Shown here: positions 1 to 9,896 of the stretch, piece by piece
How positions within the stretch are numbered: position 1 is the stretch's first letter
Layout of the letters: every line of letters starts with the position of its first letter
DNA from: a bacterium
Lineage (GTDB): Bacteria > Fidelibacterota > Fidelibacteria > Fidelibacterales > Fidelibacteraceae
Reading direction: 5' to 3'
NCBI GenBank assembly: GCA_963676395.1
Contig: OY781066.1
Coordinates: 704,001 to 768,000, forward strand
Length of the DNA stretch: 64,000 nt
Position numbers and translations under genes: made by a program
The notes under the pieces: generated by a model
Databases searched by the model: none
Seen by the model: the letters and a program-made list of their open reading frames with translations, nothing else
Told to the model about the DNA's origin: nothing

Positions 1-908
1 GAAATTCCCATGGCTTGAGCAGACACACCCAAACGGGCACCATTCATTAAATCCATCACGTATTTGATCAATCCCATTTTACGTTTGCCGACCAATTGGC
101 ATGGCGTATCATTGAACTGCATTTCACAAGTAGGTGAACCGTGAATACCCAGTTTATTCTCAATACGACGGATCACAACCGTATCATCACCATAGCAAAC
201 GAACATGCTCAATCCACGACCATCTACGGTACCGGCTTCGGATCTTGCCAATACCAACAGAATCTCACCACTTCCGTTTGTAATGAAGCGCTTAACGCCA
301 TTCAAGAACCAGTTGCCGTCTTCATCCTGATAGGCTTTCAAATTCACCGCCTGTAGGTCCGACCCGGCATCCGGCTCGGTCAGGACCATGGCACCAGTTG
401 CTTTCCCTTCGGCAAATTGAGGGAGAAATTCATCTTTTTGCTCTTCAGATCCGAATTTATGGATGGTTTCGCCAATATCCTGTAAACCGTAGAGGTTCAT
501 TAGAGAAGCATCGGCACGGGAAATCATTTCTATTGACATAGCATAAATCGTCATAGGCATATTCAATCCACCGTATTTTCGCGGCAGTGTAAACCCCATC
601 ATGTCGGCCTGCGCAAGCCTCTTCAAAGCTTCTTGGGTGCCTTTGGCATAAGTTACAACCCCGTCTTTGAATTGGGCGCCTTCTTCATCCACGTCAGGCG
701 CCAGAGGTGCAATAATATTTCCGGCAATATCACCGGCGATCTCCAGAACTTTCTTGTAATTATCCTTGGCATCGGCATAATCTTTTGGAGCATAATCATA
801 CTGACCGATATTCGTATAATCGTTTTCAGTCAGTCTTGCAATATCTTCCAGATCCATGTTCTCCAGTTGAAAAACAAGATCTTTATTATCTGTAAAGAAA
901 TTCGGCAT
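1..908 (-). CDS. Acyl-CoA dehydrogenase (3' end outside the window)
   Basis: Manual translation from ATG at 908: MPNFFTDNKDL...MMGFTLPRKYGGL...GAMVLTEPDAGSDL...LNGVKRFITNG, typical ACAD motifs; lies downstream of etfB-etfA. Confidence 0.9.
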   Translation of the reverse strand, partial: MPNFFTDNKDLVFQLENMDLEDIARLTENDYTNIGQYDYAPKDYADAKDNYKKVLEIAGDIAGNIIAPLAPDVDEEGAQFKDGVVTYAKGTQEALKRLAQADMMGFTLPRKYGGLNMPMTIYAMSIEMISRADASLMNLYGLQDIGETIHKFGSEEQKDEFLPQFAEGKATGAMVLTEPDAGSDLQAVNLKAYQDEDGNWFLNGVKRFITNGSGEILLVLARSEAGTVDGRGLSMFVCYGDDTVVIRRIENKLGIHGSPTCEMQFNDTPCQLVGKRKMGLIKYVMDLMNGARLGVSAQAMGI

Positions 909-916
909 AATATCAC

Positions 917-1936
917 CTACTTCAATTTATTTTTATAAGCTTCGATCAATTCGGGAATGACCTTCATGGCATCACCAACGATCTTAAAGTGACAGATCGA
1001 AAAGATCGGTGCCTCGGGGTCGGTGTTGATCGCGATGATCTTGTTCGATTCATCCATGCCGGCACGATGCTGGATCGCTCCTGAAATACCGACCGCAATG
1101 TAAAGTTTAGGACGAACGGTCACGCCGGTCTGTCCGACCTGGCGTTCATGTTCAACAAAACCTGCATCTACGGCTGCGCGGGATCCGGCCACTTCCCCGC
1201 CGATCAAACTAGCAAGTTCCTGTAATAATCTAAAGTTTTCTTTACTACCCAACCCATAACCGCCGGCCACAATAATGGGTGAACATTTCAAATTGATCTT
1301 GCATTCTTCTTGATGGCGTTCGATGATCTCGATCACATCATCAAGTTCTTTTGCTTGATAAGGTACGCGAACGATCTTGCCATCCACCGGTTTATCCAAC
1401 TCCGCCATTTCCATCACACCTTCACGTACGGATGCCATCTGCACGGGATTATCCGGTGTAATAATGGTGGCTACGATATTTCCACCGAAAGCGGGACGGA
1501 TCTGTAGCAGAATATCTTTATAATCTTTTTTCATATAGGTGACGTCTGATATCTGAAGATCGGTACAATCGGCCGTCAATCCACTAAGCGTTTTCGATGC
1601 CACTCGCGGTGCAATGTCACGTCCGATAAACGTAGCGCCAAACAACACGATACGCGGTTGATGTTCTTCGACCAGTTCACTCATGATACGACTGTAAGGC
1701 ATCGTTTTATAATCTTTCAGCGAGGGGTCTTCAACAATGATCGCTTCAGCGGCACCATAGTAAAAAGTCTGTTTCGCCAGATCATCCAGTTCGTGACCGA
1801 TAATAACCGCCTTCAAGACACCCCTTAACTTTTCGGCCAACTTGCGGCCCTTAGTTAAAAGCTCCAGACTGACATCAGCGATCGAATCACCTTTTGTCTC
1901 TATATAGACCCAAACTTCATGTTTTGATGTATTCAT
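917..1936 (-). CDS. etfA: Electron transfer flavoprotein alpha subunit
   Basis: GLTADCT, RPAFGGN and [22 protein letters not shown] motifs; ATG at 1936 preferred over the TTG at 1951. Confidence 0.93.
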   Translation of the reverse strand: MNTSKHEVWVYIETKGDSIADVSLELLTKGRKLAEKLRGVLKAVIIGHELDDLAKQTFYYGAAEAIIVEDPSLKDYKTMPYSRIMSELVEEHQPRIVLFGATFIGRDIAPRVASKTLSGLTADCTDLQISDVTYMKKDYKDILLQIRPAFGGNIVATIITPDNPVQMASVREGVMEMAELDKPVDGKIVRVPYQAKELDDVIEIIERHQEECKINLKCSPIIVAGGYGLGSKENFRLLQELASLIGGEVAGSRAAVDAGFVEHERQVGQTGVTVRPKLYIAVGISGAIQHRAGMDESNKIIAINTDPEAPIFSICHFKIVGDAMKVIPELIEAYKNKLK

Positions 1937-1943
1937 AATAATA

Positions 1944-2744
1944 TTATCCAAAAATATGATCTTTTTTAAGTTTATCGATCATGTCAGCTAAACCTTCTCG
2001 TGTAGGCTCTACGGTTTCATGATCACCACCGGATAAAACAACCGATTCGATATTATTGACCTTAGTTGGTGAGCCCTGGAGTCCGATACGCTCCATATCG
2101 ACATCAATATCTTGCGTTGTCATCACCTTTGGTTCGTGGTTCTTGAACGCCATGACCTTCTTGGCGGCAAAAGGACGCGGCACAGTGGCTTCGCCCACAA
2201 CGGTCAATAATGCCGGTAATTTTGAAACCAACACCTCATACCCACCATCGATCTGGCGTTGAACCTTGATCTTATTTTTGTTGATATCTAAAATCTTTTC
2301 AACATACGTGATCTGTGGAAGCTTTAACTTCTCTGCCGTTTGCGGTCCCACCTGAGCGGTGTCACCGTCAATAGCCTGTCGTCCGGCAAATACAATATCG
2401 TAATCACCGATCTTTTCAATCACTTTGCTCAATACATATGATGTCGCTAAAGTATCAGCACCCGCGAATTTTCGGTCCGTAACCAACATGACATCATCTG
2501 CCCCCATGTAGAGGCACTCTTTTAATAGTTCCGCAGCCTTTGGCGGTCCCATCGTGACGGCAACAACTTTGGCGCCGACGTTTTCTTTTACCTGTAATGC
2601 AAGTTCCAAGGCGACTTTATCTTCCGGATTGAAAACGGCAGGCAACTTTGCTCTATTAACCGTTCCATCTGGTTTCATAACATCGCCGGAAATATTCGCA
2701 GTATCAGGTACTTGTTTGACTAAAACAATTAACTTGATTCCCAT
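1944..2744 (-). CDS. etfB: Electron transfer flavoprotein beta subunit
   Basis: VKQVPD, DRKFAGADTLATS and GRQAIDGDTAQVGP motifs. Confidence 0.93.
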   Translation of the reverse strand: MGIKLIVLVKQVPDTANISGDVMKPDGTVNRAKLPAVFNPEDKVALELALQVKENVGAKVVAVTMGPPKAAELLKECLYMGADDVMLVTDRKFAGADTLATSYVLSKVIEKIGDYDIVFAGRQAIDGDTAQVGPQTAEKLKLPQITYVEKILDINKNKIKVQRQIDGGYEVLVSKLPALLTVVGEATVPRPFAAKKVMAFKNHEPKVMTTQDIDVDMERIGLQGSPTKVNNIESVVLSGGDHETVEPTREGLADMIDKLKKDHIFG

Positions 2745-3046
2745 ATGTTCCCTTCTGTGCATTTACGTATTTTATACCTGTGTTTTATAAAATACCAAAG
2801 GCAATATATTAAGATGAAATTGTGATTACAAGCTGAAAATATAGAAGTCTGCAGACTGTTGACGAATTACTGATAGCTGTAAGCTGGTTACTATAAGCTA
2901 ACTATAAAACCCCAAAAAAAGTGCAAACAACATTTTTACTTACGTTTTACTGCCTACTGACTTACAACTTCTATCTTCTTGCTTCCGGCTGCCTATAATA
3001 GTAAATTACGTGTTGTTTTATATTAATGTAACCAAAGGAGACTATT

Positions 3047-3613
3047 GTGGCCTCAACTGCTGATTTCAAACCGGGTATGATCATTATATATAATGGTGAA
3101 TTATTCAAGATCGTTAGCTACCAACACAGTAAAATGGGACGAGCCGGAGCTGTAGTTCGTACAAAACTTAAACATGTTCTAAATGGCAAAGTATTGGAAA
3201 ATACTTTCCGATCAGGTGAAAAAGTTGAAACCGCCCGTGTTGAAGCTAACATGTTACAATATTTATACAATGATGGTGACTCATATTACATGATGGATCC
3301 TGAAACGTTTGACCAAATCCCGGTTCCTGCCGATGTAATCGGTGACGACCATTATTATATTCGTGAAAACGATGAAGTAAAAGTCATGATCTACAATGAA
3401 GCTCCCATTTCCATTGAGCTTCCAACAGCTGTTATTATGGAAGTTACCTACACCGAACCGGGTGAACGTGGCGATACCGCTAAAACAAATGTTAAAAAAC
3501 CTGCAAAAGTTGAAACCGGACTCGAAGTAGCTGTACCCTTGTTTATCAACGAAGGTGATATGATCAAGATCGATACACGCGATGGATCATATTTGGAACG
3601 AGTCAAGAAGTAA
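3047..3613 (+). CDS. efp: Elongation factor P
   Basis: TEPGERGDTA, KPAKVETG and VPLFINEGD.IKIDTR motifs; GTG start with AAGGAG RBS. Confidence 0.95.
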   Translation: MASTADFKPGMIIIYNGELFKIVSYQHSKMGRAGAVVRTKLKHVLNGKVLENTFRSGEKVETARVEANMLQYLYNDGDSYYMMDPETFDQIPVPADVIGDDHYYIRENDEVKVMIYNEAPISIELPTAVIMEVTYTEPGERGDTAKTNVKKPAKVETGLEVAVPLFINEGDMIKIDTRDGSYLERVKK

Positions 3614-3695
3614 CTAGAAACTAGTGACTGGTGACTAGCGAAATAAAATTCGAGCCACGAGTTACGAATTAATATCATTATTAGAGGTAAGAAAA

Positions 3696-4073
3696 ATGAG
3701 TACACCTAAAGAACTCAAATATGCAGAAACACATGAATGGGTAAAAGTCGAAGGCGATGTAGCCGTGGTCGGCATTACCGAACACGCACAAAGCGAGCTT
3801 GGTGATATCGTTTTTGTTGAAATCCCCGAAGTCGGTGACGATGTAACAAAAGAGGAAGGTTGCGGAACTATCGAAGCCGTTAAAACCGTTTCCGATATCA
3901 ATGCCCCCGTTAGTGGTGAAGTTGTTGAAGTAAACGAAGCTTTGGAAGACGAACCCACATTGATCAATACAGACGCTTTTGAAGGTGGCTGGATCATGAA
4001 GATCAAGATGTCAGACGCATCTGAACTTGACGCTCTTATGGATGCCGGGGCATACGAAAAATCTATCGGATAA
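3696..4073 (+). CDS. gcvH: Glycine cleavage system H protein
   Basis: HEWV, GITEHAQSELGDIVFV and lipoyl-lysine motif IEAVKTVSD. Confidence 0.95.
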   Translation: MSTPKELKYAETHEWVKVEGDVAVVGITEHAQSELGDIVFVEIPEVGDDVTKEEGCGTIEAVKTVSDINAPVSGEVVEVNEALEDEPTLINTDAFEGGWIMKIKMSDASELDALMDAGAYEKSIG

Positions 4074-4094
4074 TTTTTTATTTCGAGGTAAATC

Positions 4095-5435
4095 ATGCCT
4101 TATCTTCCGCATGGACATAAAGACATAAAAGACATGCTGAAAAGCATTGGAGTAGAAAAGTTCGAGGAACTCATTGCAAATATCCCCGAAGTTCTACGCG
4201 GCGATGTACACTTAGATCTTCCCGAAGCTTTAAGTGAGCTTGAGATCCAGCAGGAAATGCAATCTTTGCTTGCTAAAAATACGGCATGTCATCAGACGAC
4301 TTCTTTCCTGGGCGCCGGTGCCTACGAACACTTCATCCCTTCTGTAGTCGATCACATTATATCACGCCCCGAATTCGCAACAGCTTATACTCCCTATCAG
4401 GCCGAGGTCTCGCAAGGGACATTACAAGCCATGTACGAATTCCAGTCATTAGTTTGTGAACTGACCGGTATGGATGTTTCAAATGCATCAATGTATGATG
4501 CGGCAACGGCAATGTCCGAAGCCGTTTTAATGGCAAAAAGCATTAAACGCAAAAAGAACGAAGTCATTGTTTCCTCTTCGATTCATCCCCTGTATCGAAA
4601 AACCCTTGAGACTTACGCAGTTTCATTAAACATGAAATTAATCGAATGTCCGATCAAGAATGACCAAACAGACCTCGAAGCGCTAAAAACTTTATTTAAT
4701 GAAAACACCTCAGCTGTTATTGCTCAAAGCCCTAACTTTTTTGGTGTTATCGAAGATACAAAAGCGCTTTCTTCTCTGACTCACGAACATGATTCGCTCT
4801 TCATTCAAGGCGTAGATCCCATTTCTCTTGCTATACTCAAAACACCGGGTGAAATCAATGCTGATATTGCCTTTGGTGAAGGACAATCTTTGGGAAATCA
4901 CCTTAACTTCGGTGGCCCTTATCTTGGACTTTTTACCGCAAAGCAGGAGTATGTAAGAAAAATGCCCGGACGCATAGCGGGAATGACCGAAGATGCCGAG
5001 GGCAAACGAGGATATGTCCTTACACTGCAAACACGTGAACAACATATCCGTCGCGAAAAAGCCACCTCAAATATCTGTTCAAACCAGGCACTCTGTGCTT
5101 TGGCGGCAACGGTCTATTTAGCTCTTATGGGAAAAACAGGACTCAAAAAAGTTGCCGAACTTTCCTTACAAAAAGCACATTACCTGCAAGAACAGATCTG
5201 TGAACTACCGGGATTTAAAACGGCAAACGATGCACCGTTCTTTAAAGAATTCGTCATCAATTGTCCCATACCCGCAAAAGACATCATCCAAAAAGCTATT
5301 GCCGCTAACATTTATGCCGGCATTGACTTAAGTGTCTTCTACCCGGATCGTCCAAATGATCTCCTCATTGCCGTAACAGAAAAACGGACAAAAGAGGAAA
5401 TGGATGGGTTTGTTGAATTTTTAGCGACAATATAA
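4095..5435 (+). CDS. gcvPA: Glycine dehydrogenase (decarboxylating) subunit 1
   Basis: AYTPYQAEVSQG, NASMYD and TLQTREQHIRREKATSNICSNQAL motifs; 446 aa fits the split P-protein alpha chain. Confidence 0.95.
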   Translation: MPYLPHGHKDIKDMLKSIGVEKFEELIANIPEVLRGDVHLDLPEALSELEIQQEMQSLLAKNTACHQTTSFLGAGAYEHFIPSVVDHIISRPEFATAYTPYQAEVSQGTLQAMYEFQSLVCELTGMDVSNASMYDAATAMSEAVLMAKSIKRKKNEVIVSSSIHPLYRKTLETYAVSLNMKLIECPIKNDQTDLEALKTLFNENTSAVIAQSPNFFGVIEDTKALSSLTHEHDSLFIQGVDPISLAILKTPGEINADIAFGEGQSLGNHLNFGGPYLGLFTAKQEYVRKMPGRIAGMTEDAEGKRGYVLTLQTREQHIRREKATSNICSNQALCALAATVYLALMGKTGLKKVAELSLQKAHYLQEQICELPGFKTANDAPFFKEFVINCPIPAKDIIQKAIAANIYAGIDLSVFYPDRPNDLLIAVTEKRTKEEMDGFVEFLATI

Positions 5436-5454
5436 GTAAATAGAAAACATCGAT

Positions 5455-5485
5455 AAGGAACAGGCATGCCTGTTCCTTTTTTTTT
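5455..5485 (+). terminator. Intrinsic terminator (REP-like perfect palindrome plus T tract)
   Basis: AAGGAACAGGCATGCCTGTTCCTT followed by a T run, just after gcvPA. Confidence 0.75.
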
Positions 5486-5630
5486 ATCCATAATTTTTTA
5501 TTCCCGATTAAAATCAATGACAAATTTTCAGCTCCACCTCACTATTCACATCAACCGCTTTTTCCTTTCCTCTCCATCTTTTTTATGTTAATTTTCTAAG
5601 CTGTTTACATAATATCAACACGGAAGCACT

Positions 5631-6197
5631 ATGAAAAAAGCCTTCACCGAAACTCTCGCTCTAATCAAAGATCTTAACGAAGACCCTATATTTCAAAAAC
5701 ATGTTGAAGATGCATCTAAATTGATGTCAACAACATTAAGGAACGGAAATAAGATCCTATGGTGCGGCAATGGTGGATCAGCTGCCGACTGCCAACATCT
5801 ATCTGCGGAACTGGTCGCAAAATTAAACCACATTCGACCGGCATTAGCTTCACTGGCGCTTACTACCGATACATCTTTTTTAACAGCCTGGATCAACGAC
5901 ACGAACAAAAGTGAAGAACTATTTTCGCGCCAGATCGAAGCCCTGGGGCAAGAAGGTGACTGTCTCATAGCGATCAGCACCAGCGGAAACTCCGAGAATG
6001 TGATCCATGCCGTTGATACAGCAATGGCACATGGACTAAAAACCATAGCGCTTCTTGGGAACAATGGCGGGCAACTTAAAAACACTGCTGACATTCAACT
6101 CATTGTACCTTCTGACAATACGCAACGCGTTCAAGAAATACATATGATCGTTGGTCACACCCTGTGCGAGCATATAGAAGAGGATTTTCTCAGCTAA
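5631..6197 (+). CDS. gmhA: D-sedoheptulose-7-phosphate isomerase
   Basis: CGNGGSAAD.QH.SAE, ISTSGNS.N and RVQEIH SIS-domain motifs. Confidence 0.92.
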   Translation: MKKAFTETLALIKDLNEDPIFQKHVEDASKLMSTTLRNGNKILWCGNGGSAADCQHLSAELVAKLNHIRPALASLALTTDTSFLTAWINDTNKSEELFSRQIEALGQEGDCLIAISTSGNSENVIHAVDTAMAHGLKTIALLGNNGGQLKNTADIQLIVPSDNTQRVQEIHMIVGHTLCEHIEEDFLS

Positions 6198-6198
6198 T

Positions 6199-7095
6199 AT
6201 GCAAAGAATATTTCAAGATTTCATCTATCACCTCCAGGGTGAACGACAACTGTCTCCCAATACGGTACAATCCTACCGAAAAGATATAAAGCGTTATCTC
6301 GAACATTTTAAAAGCATGGGCATCAAAGATCCAAACCTTATCCAAACCGATATGGTAATCACCTACCTTGATCAATTATCTGGTATTCCCCTGGCCCCAA
6401 CCTCTTTGGCAAGAAATCTCTCTTCCATGAGAATGTTTCATCGATTCATGATGAACGAAGGTTATGTAAGTAAGGATGTTACAGAGAATATCGATTCACC
6501 CAAGCTACCTAAACGCTTACCCAAAATTTTGGATATTGAAGATATCGAAGCGATCTTCACCGAGATCAACACCGATACGGATGCAGGAATTCGCGATAGA
6601 GCCATGCTGGAGCTCTTATATGGCTCCGGGCTGAGAATCTCAGAACTGCTGACACTAAGGTTGCCGGCTGTCATGCTAAACGAAGGCTGGATCCGTGTGT
6701 TTGGCAAAGGTTCCAAAGAAAGGATCGTTCCCTTTGGAGATGAAGCAGGTGTCTGGTTAAAGAAATATATCAAACACGTTCGTCCCATGCTGGCCGGAAG
6801 TATAAAAGCAGAAGATTATATTTTTTTAAATCGCAGTGGGGCACCACTCTCCCGAATGGGCGTTTGGAAGATCATTCAAAAATATGCTCAATTGGCACTT
6901 ATCGACAAACCCGTTTCACCGCATGTTTTCAGGCATTCGTTTGCAACCCACCTTTTAGAAGGCGGTGCCGACTTAAGAGCTGTTCAAGAAATGCTGGGAC
7001 ACTCGGATATTTCAACTACGCAGATCTATACCCATCTTGATAGAAATTATTTAAAAGAAGTTCACAAAACCTTTCACCCAAGGGAAAAACGATAA
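6199..7095 (+). CDS. xerD: Site-specific tyrosine recombinase XerD
   Basis: RDRAMLELLYGSGLRISEL, GKGSKERIVP and SPHVFRHSFATHLLEGGADLRAVQEMLGHSDISTTQIYTH; housekeeping context. Confidence 0.88.
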   Translation: MQRIFQDFIYHLQGERQLSPNTVQSYRKDIKRYLEHFKSMGIKDPNLIQTDMVITYLDQLSGIPLAPTSLARNLSSMRMFHRFMMNEGYVSKDVTENIDSPKLPKRLPKILDIEDIEAIFTEINTDTDAGIRDRAMLELLYGSGLRISELLTLRLPAVMLNEGWIRVFGKGSKERIVPFGDEAGVWLKKYIKHVRPMLAGSIKAEDYIFLNRSGAPLSRMGVWKIIQKYAQLALIDKPVSPHVFRHSFATHLLEGGADLRAVQEMLGHSDISTTQIYTHLDRNYLKEVHKTFHPREKR

Positions 7096-7737
7096 ATGAA
7101 CCCACAAGCAATAGAATATTTAGCTATGGTAGTGCCTATTTTACTGGCGTTGACCATGCATGAATTCTCACACGGATGGATCGCCTATAAGCTGGGAGAT
7201 AATACGGCCAAGAATATGGGACGCCTGACCCTAAACCCTATCTCACATATTGACCCCATTGGCATGATCATGCTTTTTGTGATTGGCATGGGCTGGGCAA
7301 AACCCGTACCAATTAACATCTATGCATTCAAACATCAAAAAAGAGATCTGGCACTGACTGCCGCTGCCGGTCCGGTATCGAATTTCATTATGGCAGCGAT
7401 TGCAGGTTTAATATTTAGGTTATTCCCTGATTTAGTCCCTTACAACACGGATGCCGGCGTAATCCTTTTCCTCAAACTCAATCTCTTTTATTTTCTCATG
7501 ATCAACTGTGGCTTGGGAATTTTTAATTTAATCCCGATCCCCCCGCTTGATGGCTCAAAGATCCTCCGCGGGTTTATGAAAGATAAACATGTTTACATTA
7601 TCGACTATCTTGAAAGATATGGCGGATTTATCCTTATAGGTATTGTTCTGCTTGGGCGATTTATGAATTTTTCAATTTTTGGTAAATTGATCACTCCACT
7701 TGTTCAAAGATTGGCACATTTTTTCTCAGGAATTTAA
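7096..7737 (+). CDS. Site-2 protease (M50) family membrane metalloprotease
   Basis: HEFSH, AAGPVSN and FNLIPIPPLDG motifs. Confidence 0.9.
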   Translation: MNPQAIEYLAMVVPILLALTMHEFSHGWIAYKLGDNTAKNMGRLTLNPISHIDPIGMIMLFVIGMGWAKPVPINIYAFKHQKRDLALTAAAGPVSNFIMAAIAGLIFRLFPDLVPYNTDAGVILFLKLNLFYFLMINCGLGIFNLIPIPPLDGSKILRGFMKDKHVYIIDYLERYGGFILIGIVLLGRFMNFSIFGKLITPLVQRLAHFFSGI

Positions 7738-7738
7738 T

Positions 7739-8803
7739 ATGAACGATTTTTTAGGTTACAACGAAAAAGATTTCCCTATCACTGAAATGCCCAGCGATGA
7801 TGCTATTCTTGGAAGAGTGATAGAAGAACACCGTGAACGCTACTTTGTCGCAAGCCGGGAAGGTGTTTACGAAGCGGGAGTCACCGGTAGGATCATGTAT
7901 ACATCGGAAAGCAAAGATGCTTTTCCGGCTGTTGGCGATTGGGTGTTACTTTCACCTATGGATGATCATGAGGGCATTATTCATCAAATCATTCCAAGAA
8001 AAACTGTGCTGCGCCGCCGTTCTAAAAGCAAGAAAGCCAAAGAACAGGTTATCGCGGCCAATATCGATACAGCCTTTGTGGTTATGGCCGGCAATGAAGA
8101 TTTTTCACTAAATCGACTTGAGCGCTACCTGACTATCATCTATGATGGTGGTGTAAAACCGGTAATCATCCTGAATAAAACAGATTTATTCAATGAAGAA
8201 GAAGTTCAGGAATTTGTAAATGAAATAAAAAAACGACATCCCGATGCAGAATTGATCTGGACCTCTGCATTAACGGAAAAAGGACTAAAATACATCAAGG
8301 AACACCTGTCTCCCGGAAAGACCTATGGCTTTGTAGGATCTTCAGGTGTGGGAAAATCCTCACTGATCAACCGACTTACCGGGGGTGAACGCCAAAAGGT
8401 CAACCATATTTCAGATGCAACCGATAAAGGACGCCACACTACCACATACCGTGAGTTGATCGAGCTTGAGAACGGGTCATTTCTTATCGACACACCGGGC
8501 ATGCGCGAGGTGGGGCTTTCGGCTACCGATGCCGGTTTAGAAGAAACATTTTCTGATATATATGAACTATCTTATAGCTGCCGTTTCAGTGATTGCACAC
8601 ACACAAATGAACCCGGTTGCGCCGTGCTTCAAGCTGTAAAGAGCGAAACACTTCAACAAGAGAAACTGGATAACTTTCACCACCTGAAACGTGAATCCGA
8701 TTATTACCAGATGGACGATTATGAAAAACGCATGAAAGATAAATCCTTTACAAAAATGGTAAAAGAAGTCAAACGCGTAAGAGGCTTGAAACATAAAAAG
8801 TAA
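7739..8803 (+). CDS. rsgA: Ribosome small subunit-dependent GTPase A
   Basis: Circularly permuted NKTD...GSSGVGKSS...GRHTTT...DTPG plus C-terminal CRFSDCTHTNEPGC zinc finger; ATG at 7739. Confidence 0.93.
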   Translation: MNDFLGYNEKDFPITEMPSDDAILGRVIEEHRERYFVASREGVYEAGVTGRIMYTSESKDAFPAVGDWVLLSPMDDHEGIIHQIIPRKTVLRRRSKSKKAKEQVIAANIDTAFVVMAGNEDFSLNRLERYLTIIYDGGVKPVIILNKTDLFNEEEVQEFVNEIKKRHPDAELIWTSALTEKGLKYIKEHLSPGKTYGFVGSSGVGKSSLINRLTGGERQKVNHISDATDKGRHTTTYRELIELENGSFLIDTPGMREVGLSATDAGLEETFSDIYELSYSCRFSDCTHTNEPGCAVLQAVKSETLQQEKLDNFHHLKRESDYYQMDDYEKRMKDKSFTKMVKEVKRVRGLKHKK

Positions 8804-8954
8804 AATTCGATGAATCGATAGCTCACTCATTTAATTGTTCACTCATTCGACCATTATACTATTCAAAAAATATCCTTTGGAATTCTAAGCGGCTTATCCT
8901 AATTTTATTCAACTTAAATAAATATGACATGATAAATCTTTATGGGGCGACGAA

Positions 8955-9794
8955 ATGGATAAGATCATGGAAGCTTATAGCAATTTATTAACACAAAAAC
9001 GCTACAGTCCCAATACCCAAAAAACATATATGGGATATTTTTCCGATTTCCGAAGATATTTCCGATTTAAAGACATCTATCATATTGGCAAAGATGAAAT
9101 CAATCGATATATCCTAGATCTTATTCAGACAAATAATATTTCTCCGAGTCAGCAAAATCAACGCATTAATGCAATCAAATTCTACTATGAAAAGGTTTTA
9201 GGTCGAGAGAAAGAGTATTATAACATTCAGCGACCAAAAAAAGAATATCATTTACCCAAGGTTCTAAGCAAAAAAGAAATAAAATGCATGATTCAATCAT
9301 GTGAAAACCTTAAACATAAATGTATTTTAATGATACTTTATTCGGCCGGATTAAGGCGTAGTGAATTATTAGATCTACAAATTGACGATATTGATTCCAA
9401 AAGAATGTTAATCTTGATCAAAGGTGCCAAAGGTAACAAAGACAGAATAACACTTTTATCCGAAAGGCTACTTAGCATGCTTCGGGATTACTATAAAAAA
9501 TACAAACCCGAAAAATATTTATTCGAAGGTCAAAGAGGAAATAAGTATTCAGCTTCTAGTGTTGCCAATATTCTTAAACATGCAACCCTCAAGGCAGGGA
9601 TCAGAAAAAATGTTACACCTCATATGCTTAGACATAGTTTTGCCACACATTTACTTGAACAAGGAACTGATTTAAGATATATTCAAGAGTTATTGGGCCA
9701 TAATAGCAGCAAAACAACAGAAATTTACACTCATATATCAAAAAAAACGATTACAAACATACAAAACCCTATGGATGACATGTTTGAAACATAA
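8955..9794 (+). CDS. Tyrosine recombinase/integrase, putative cassette-array integrase
   Basis: SAM-like N-terminus (YSPNTQKTY...SQQNQRINAIKFYY) and intact catalytic residues (GLRRSE, KGNKDR, HMLRH, LLGH, TEIYTH); no IntI-type insertion between KDR and HxLRH. Confidence 0.92.
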   Translation: MDKIMEAYSNLLTQKRYSPNTQKTYMGYFSDFRRYFRFKDIYHIGKDEINRYILDLIQTNNISPSQQNQRINAIKFYYEKVLGREKEYYNIQRPKKEYHLPKVLSKKEIKCMIQSCENLKHKCILMILYSAGLRRSELLDLQIDDIDSKRMLILIKGAKGNKDRITLLSERLLSMLRDYYKKYKPEKYLFEGQRGNKYSASSVANILKHATLKAGIRKNVTPHMLRHSFATHLLEQGTDLRYIQELLGHNSSKTTEIYTHISKKTITNIQNPMDDMFET

Positions 9795-9811
9795 ATGCAA
9801 AATAAACACAA

Positions 9812-9876
9812 TAAACAATACATGCCATATTGGAGATGTATACACAATAGGCATACACTAACGTTGTGCCCAATTA
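9812..9876 (+). other. Putative primary (attI-like) recombination site
   Basis: CATACACTAAC-GTTGTGCCCAAT (9852-9874) resembles the right arm of the repeats but has no full left arm; short hairpin ATGCCATATTG/CAATAGGCAT (9822-9854). Confidence 0.6.
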
Positions 9877-9896
9877 AATGAAAAGACTACATAGTT

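Noticed and set aside
141..938. Plus-strand ORFs 141-356 and 633-938, and other short antisense ORFs in the track
   Set aside because: They are shadows of well-supported genes on the opposite strand and have no recognisable motifs
8955..9794. Calling the integrase intI or xerC
   Set aside because: It lacks the IntI insertion, and its N-terminus and cassette context do not fit XerC
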